DNA of 64,000 nucleotides from Chlamydiota bacterium (GTDB lineage Bacteria; Chlamydiota; Chlamydiia; Chlamydiales; 2-12-FULL-49-11): NCBI GenBank assembly GCA_947478685.1, contig CANJWO010000002.1, positions 8,926 to 72,925 of the forward strand, read 5' to 3'. Shown piece by piece: positions 62,957 to 64,000 of this stretch (position 1 is its first letter; each line of letters starts with the position of its first letter). The notes under the pieces were generated by a model. It saw only the letters and a program-made list of their open reading frames with translations, ran no database searches and was not told where the DNA came from. The position numbers and the translations under genes were made by a program.

Positions 62957-64000
62957 ATGAACACTGGCGTAATACTAAAAAAAGAGAAAGAAAAGGTTCT
63001 TCACCAAAGACATCATTGGGTTTTTTCTGGAGCTATTCATTCATTCCCCCCATCCTTTACCAATGGAGACATCCTTCCCGTCTTTAGTTTTGCTAAAGAG
63101 CTTCTTGGACATGGCTACTTTAATCAGAACTCCTCTCTTTGTGGTCGGATGATCAGTTTCGGATCAGAAGATCCTCACGAAACTCTTCTGCAAAATATCA
63201 AAAACGCAATCGCTTTAAGAAAAAGATTGTTTTCTCAAAATGAGACTGCCTACCGCCTTATTAATGGTGAAGGCGATCTTATTCCAGGTCTTATTGTCGA
63301 CAGATACGGCGACTACCTAGTCATTCAAATTTCAACGCTCGGAATGGAGCGCCTAAAACCTCTTATTATTTCCCATCTCACAACTCTTTTATCTCTCAAG
63401 GGAATATATGAAAAATCCCTTATCCACACTCGCAAAGAGGAAGGTTTAGAGCCTTTTGAAGGAAATCTCTATGGTGAAACAGCAGATCTTGTTGAAATAT
63501 CAGAAAGGGGTTCTAAATTTCTAGTATCCTACTTAAGAGGGCAAAAAACAGGCTTTTTTCTCGACCAACGGGAGATGAGATCTCTTATCGGCGAATATTC
63601 AAAAGGTAAGCGGGTATTAAATTGTTTCAGTTATACAGGGGGCTTTTCAATTGCCGCTCTAAATCACGGTGCAAAATATGCTCACTCTATTGACATTTCA
63701 AAAGAGGCCTTAGAACTTGCCAAATCAAATCTTCTTTTAAACAAATTTGATCCTGAAGTAAATAAGATAATCACTGAAGATGTTACAAAATTTCTTAGAT
63801 TTACCCCCTCTTTAGATTACGACATCGTTATACTTGATCCTCCTGCATTTGCAAAGAAAAAACAGGATGTGATCCAAGCTTGCAAAGGGTATAAGGAGAT
63901 CAATAGACAGGCAATCCAAAAAATGCCTCCGGGCTCACTCCTTCTTACATGCAGCTGCTCATATCATGTCGATGAAGAACTCTTTCAAAAAGTAATATTC
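62957..64000 (+). CDS. rlmI: 23S rRNA (cytosine-C5)-methyltransferase RlmI-like (PUA + SAM MTase); 3' end lies beyond the window
   Basis: Absent from the ORF track because it has no stop. I translated 348 codons without finding a stop. Blocks: GLIVDRYGDYLVIQ, QKTGFFLDQRE, VLNCFSYTGGFS, ILDPPAF. Confidence 0.85.
   Translation, partial: MNTGVILKKEKEKVLHQRHHWVFSGAIHSFPPSFTNGDILPVFSFAKELLGHGYFNQNSSLCGRMISFGSEDPHETLLQNIKNAIALRKRLFSQNETAYRLINGEGDLIPGLIVDRYGDYLVIQISTLGMERLKPLIISHLTTLLSLKGIYEKSLIHTRKEEGLEPFEGNLYGETADLVEISERGSKFLVSYLRGQKTGFFLDQREMRSLIGEYSKGKRVLNCFSYTGGFSIAALNHGAKYAHSIDISKEALELAKSNLLLNKFDPEVNKIITEDVTKFLRFTPSLDYDIVILDPPAFAKKKQDVIQACKGYKEINRQAIQKMPPGSLLLTCSCSYHVDEELFQKVIF

Overview
This is a gene-dense, low-GC bacterial chromosome segment, roughly 35-40% GC by eye with local GC-rich patches. 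It has no rRNA, CRISPR array, transposase or integrase. Several features suggest an environmental member of the Chlamydiae (inference only): a 915-aa FtsH with a large periplasmic insert next to tilS and an lptF/lptG pair, a stand-alone tRNA-Ala/tRNA-Ile pair, MOMP-like porins, and many orphan proteins with paired hydrophobic segments. The housekeeping backbone includes rpsI-rplM, miaB, ligA, glgB, hflX, radC, mdh-gltA, purU, tgt, rumA, rlmI, cspA, transporters, an MscS channel and a GH1 glucosidase. Five things deserve a second look. (1) A modular family of membrane-anchored orphan proteins: two carry a SopB/IpgD/INPP4-style CX5R phosphatase loop with identical downstream spacing, one is an alpha/beta hydrolase, and N- and C-terminal modules are shuffled among them, with a decayed copy elsewhere and a shared 14-nt 3' motif. 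(2) A 1.14-kb single-gene DUF1016 PD-(D/E)xK nuclease cassette is flanked by perfect 26-bp direct repeats that duplicate the rumA start, creating a 12-codon leader ORF coupled to the nuclease by TAATG. (3) A perfect 29-bp-arm palindrome sits 2 nt upstream of the ATG of an AAA_14/DUF4143 ATPase-nuclease gene. (4) A type II NADH dehydrogenase is fused to a cyclic-nucleotide-binding domain. (5) Several genes show abrupt GC/C3-rich 3' portions. All functional calls rest on motif recognition by eye; no searches were run.
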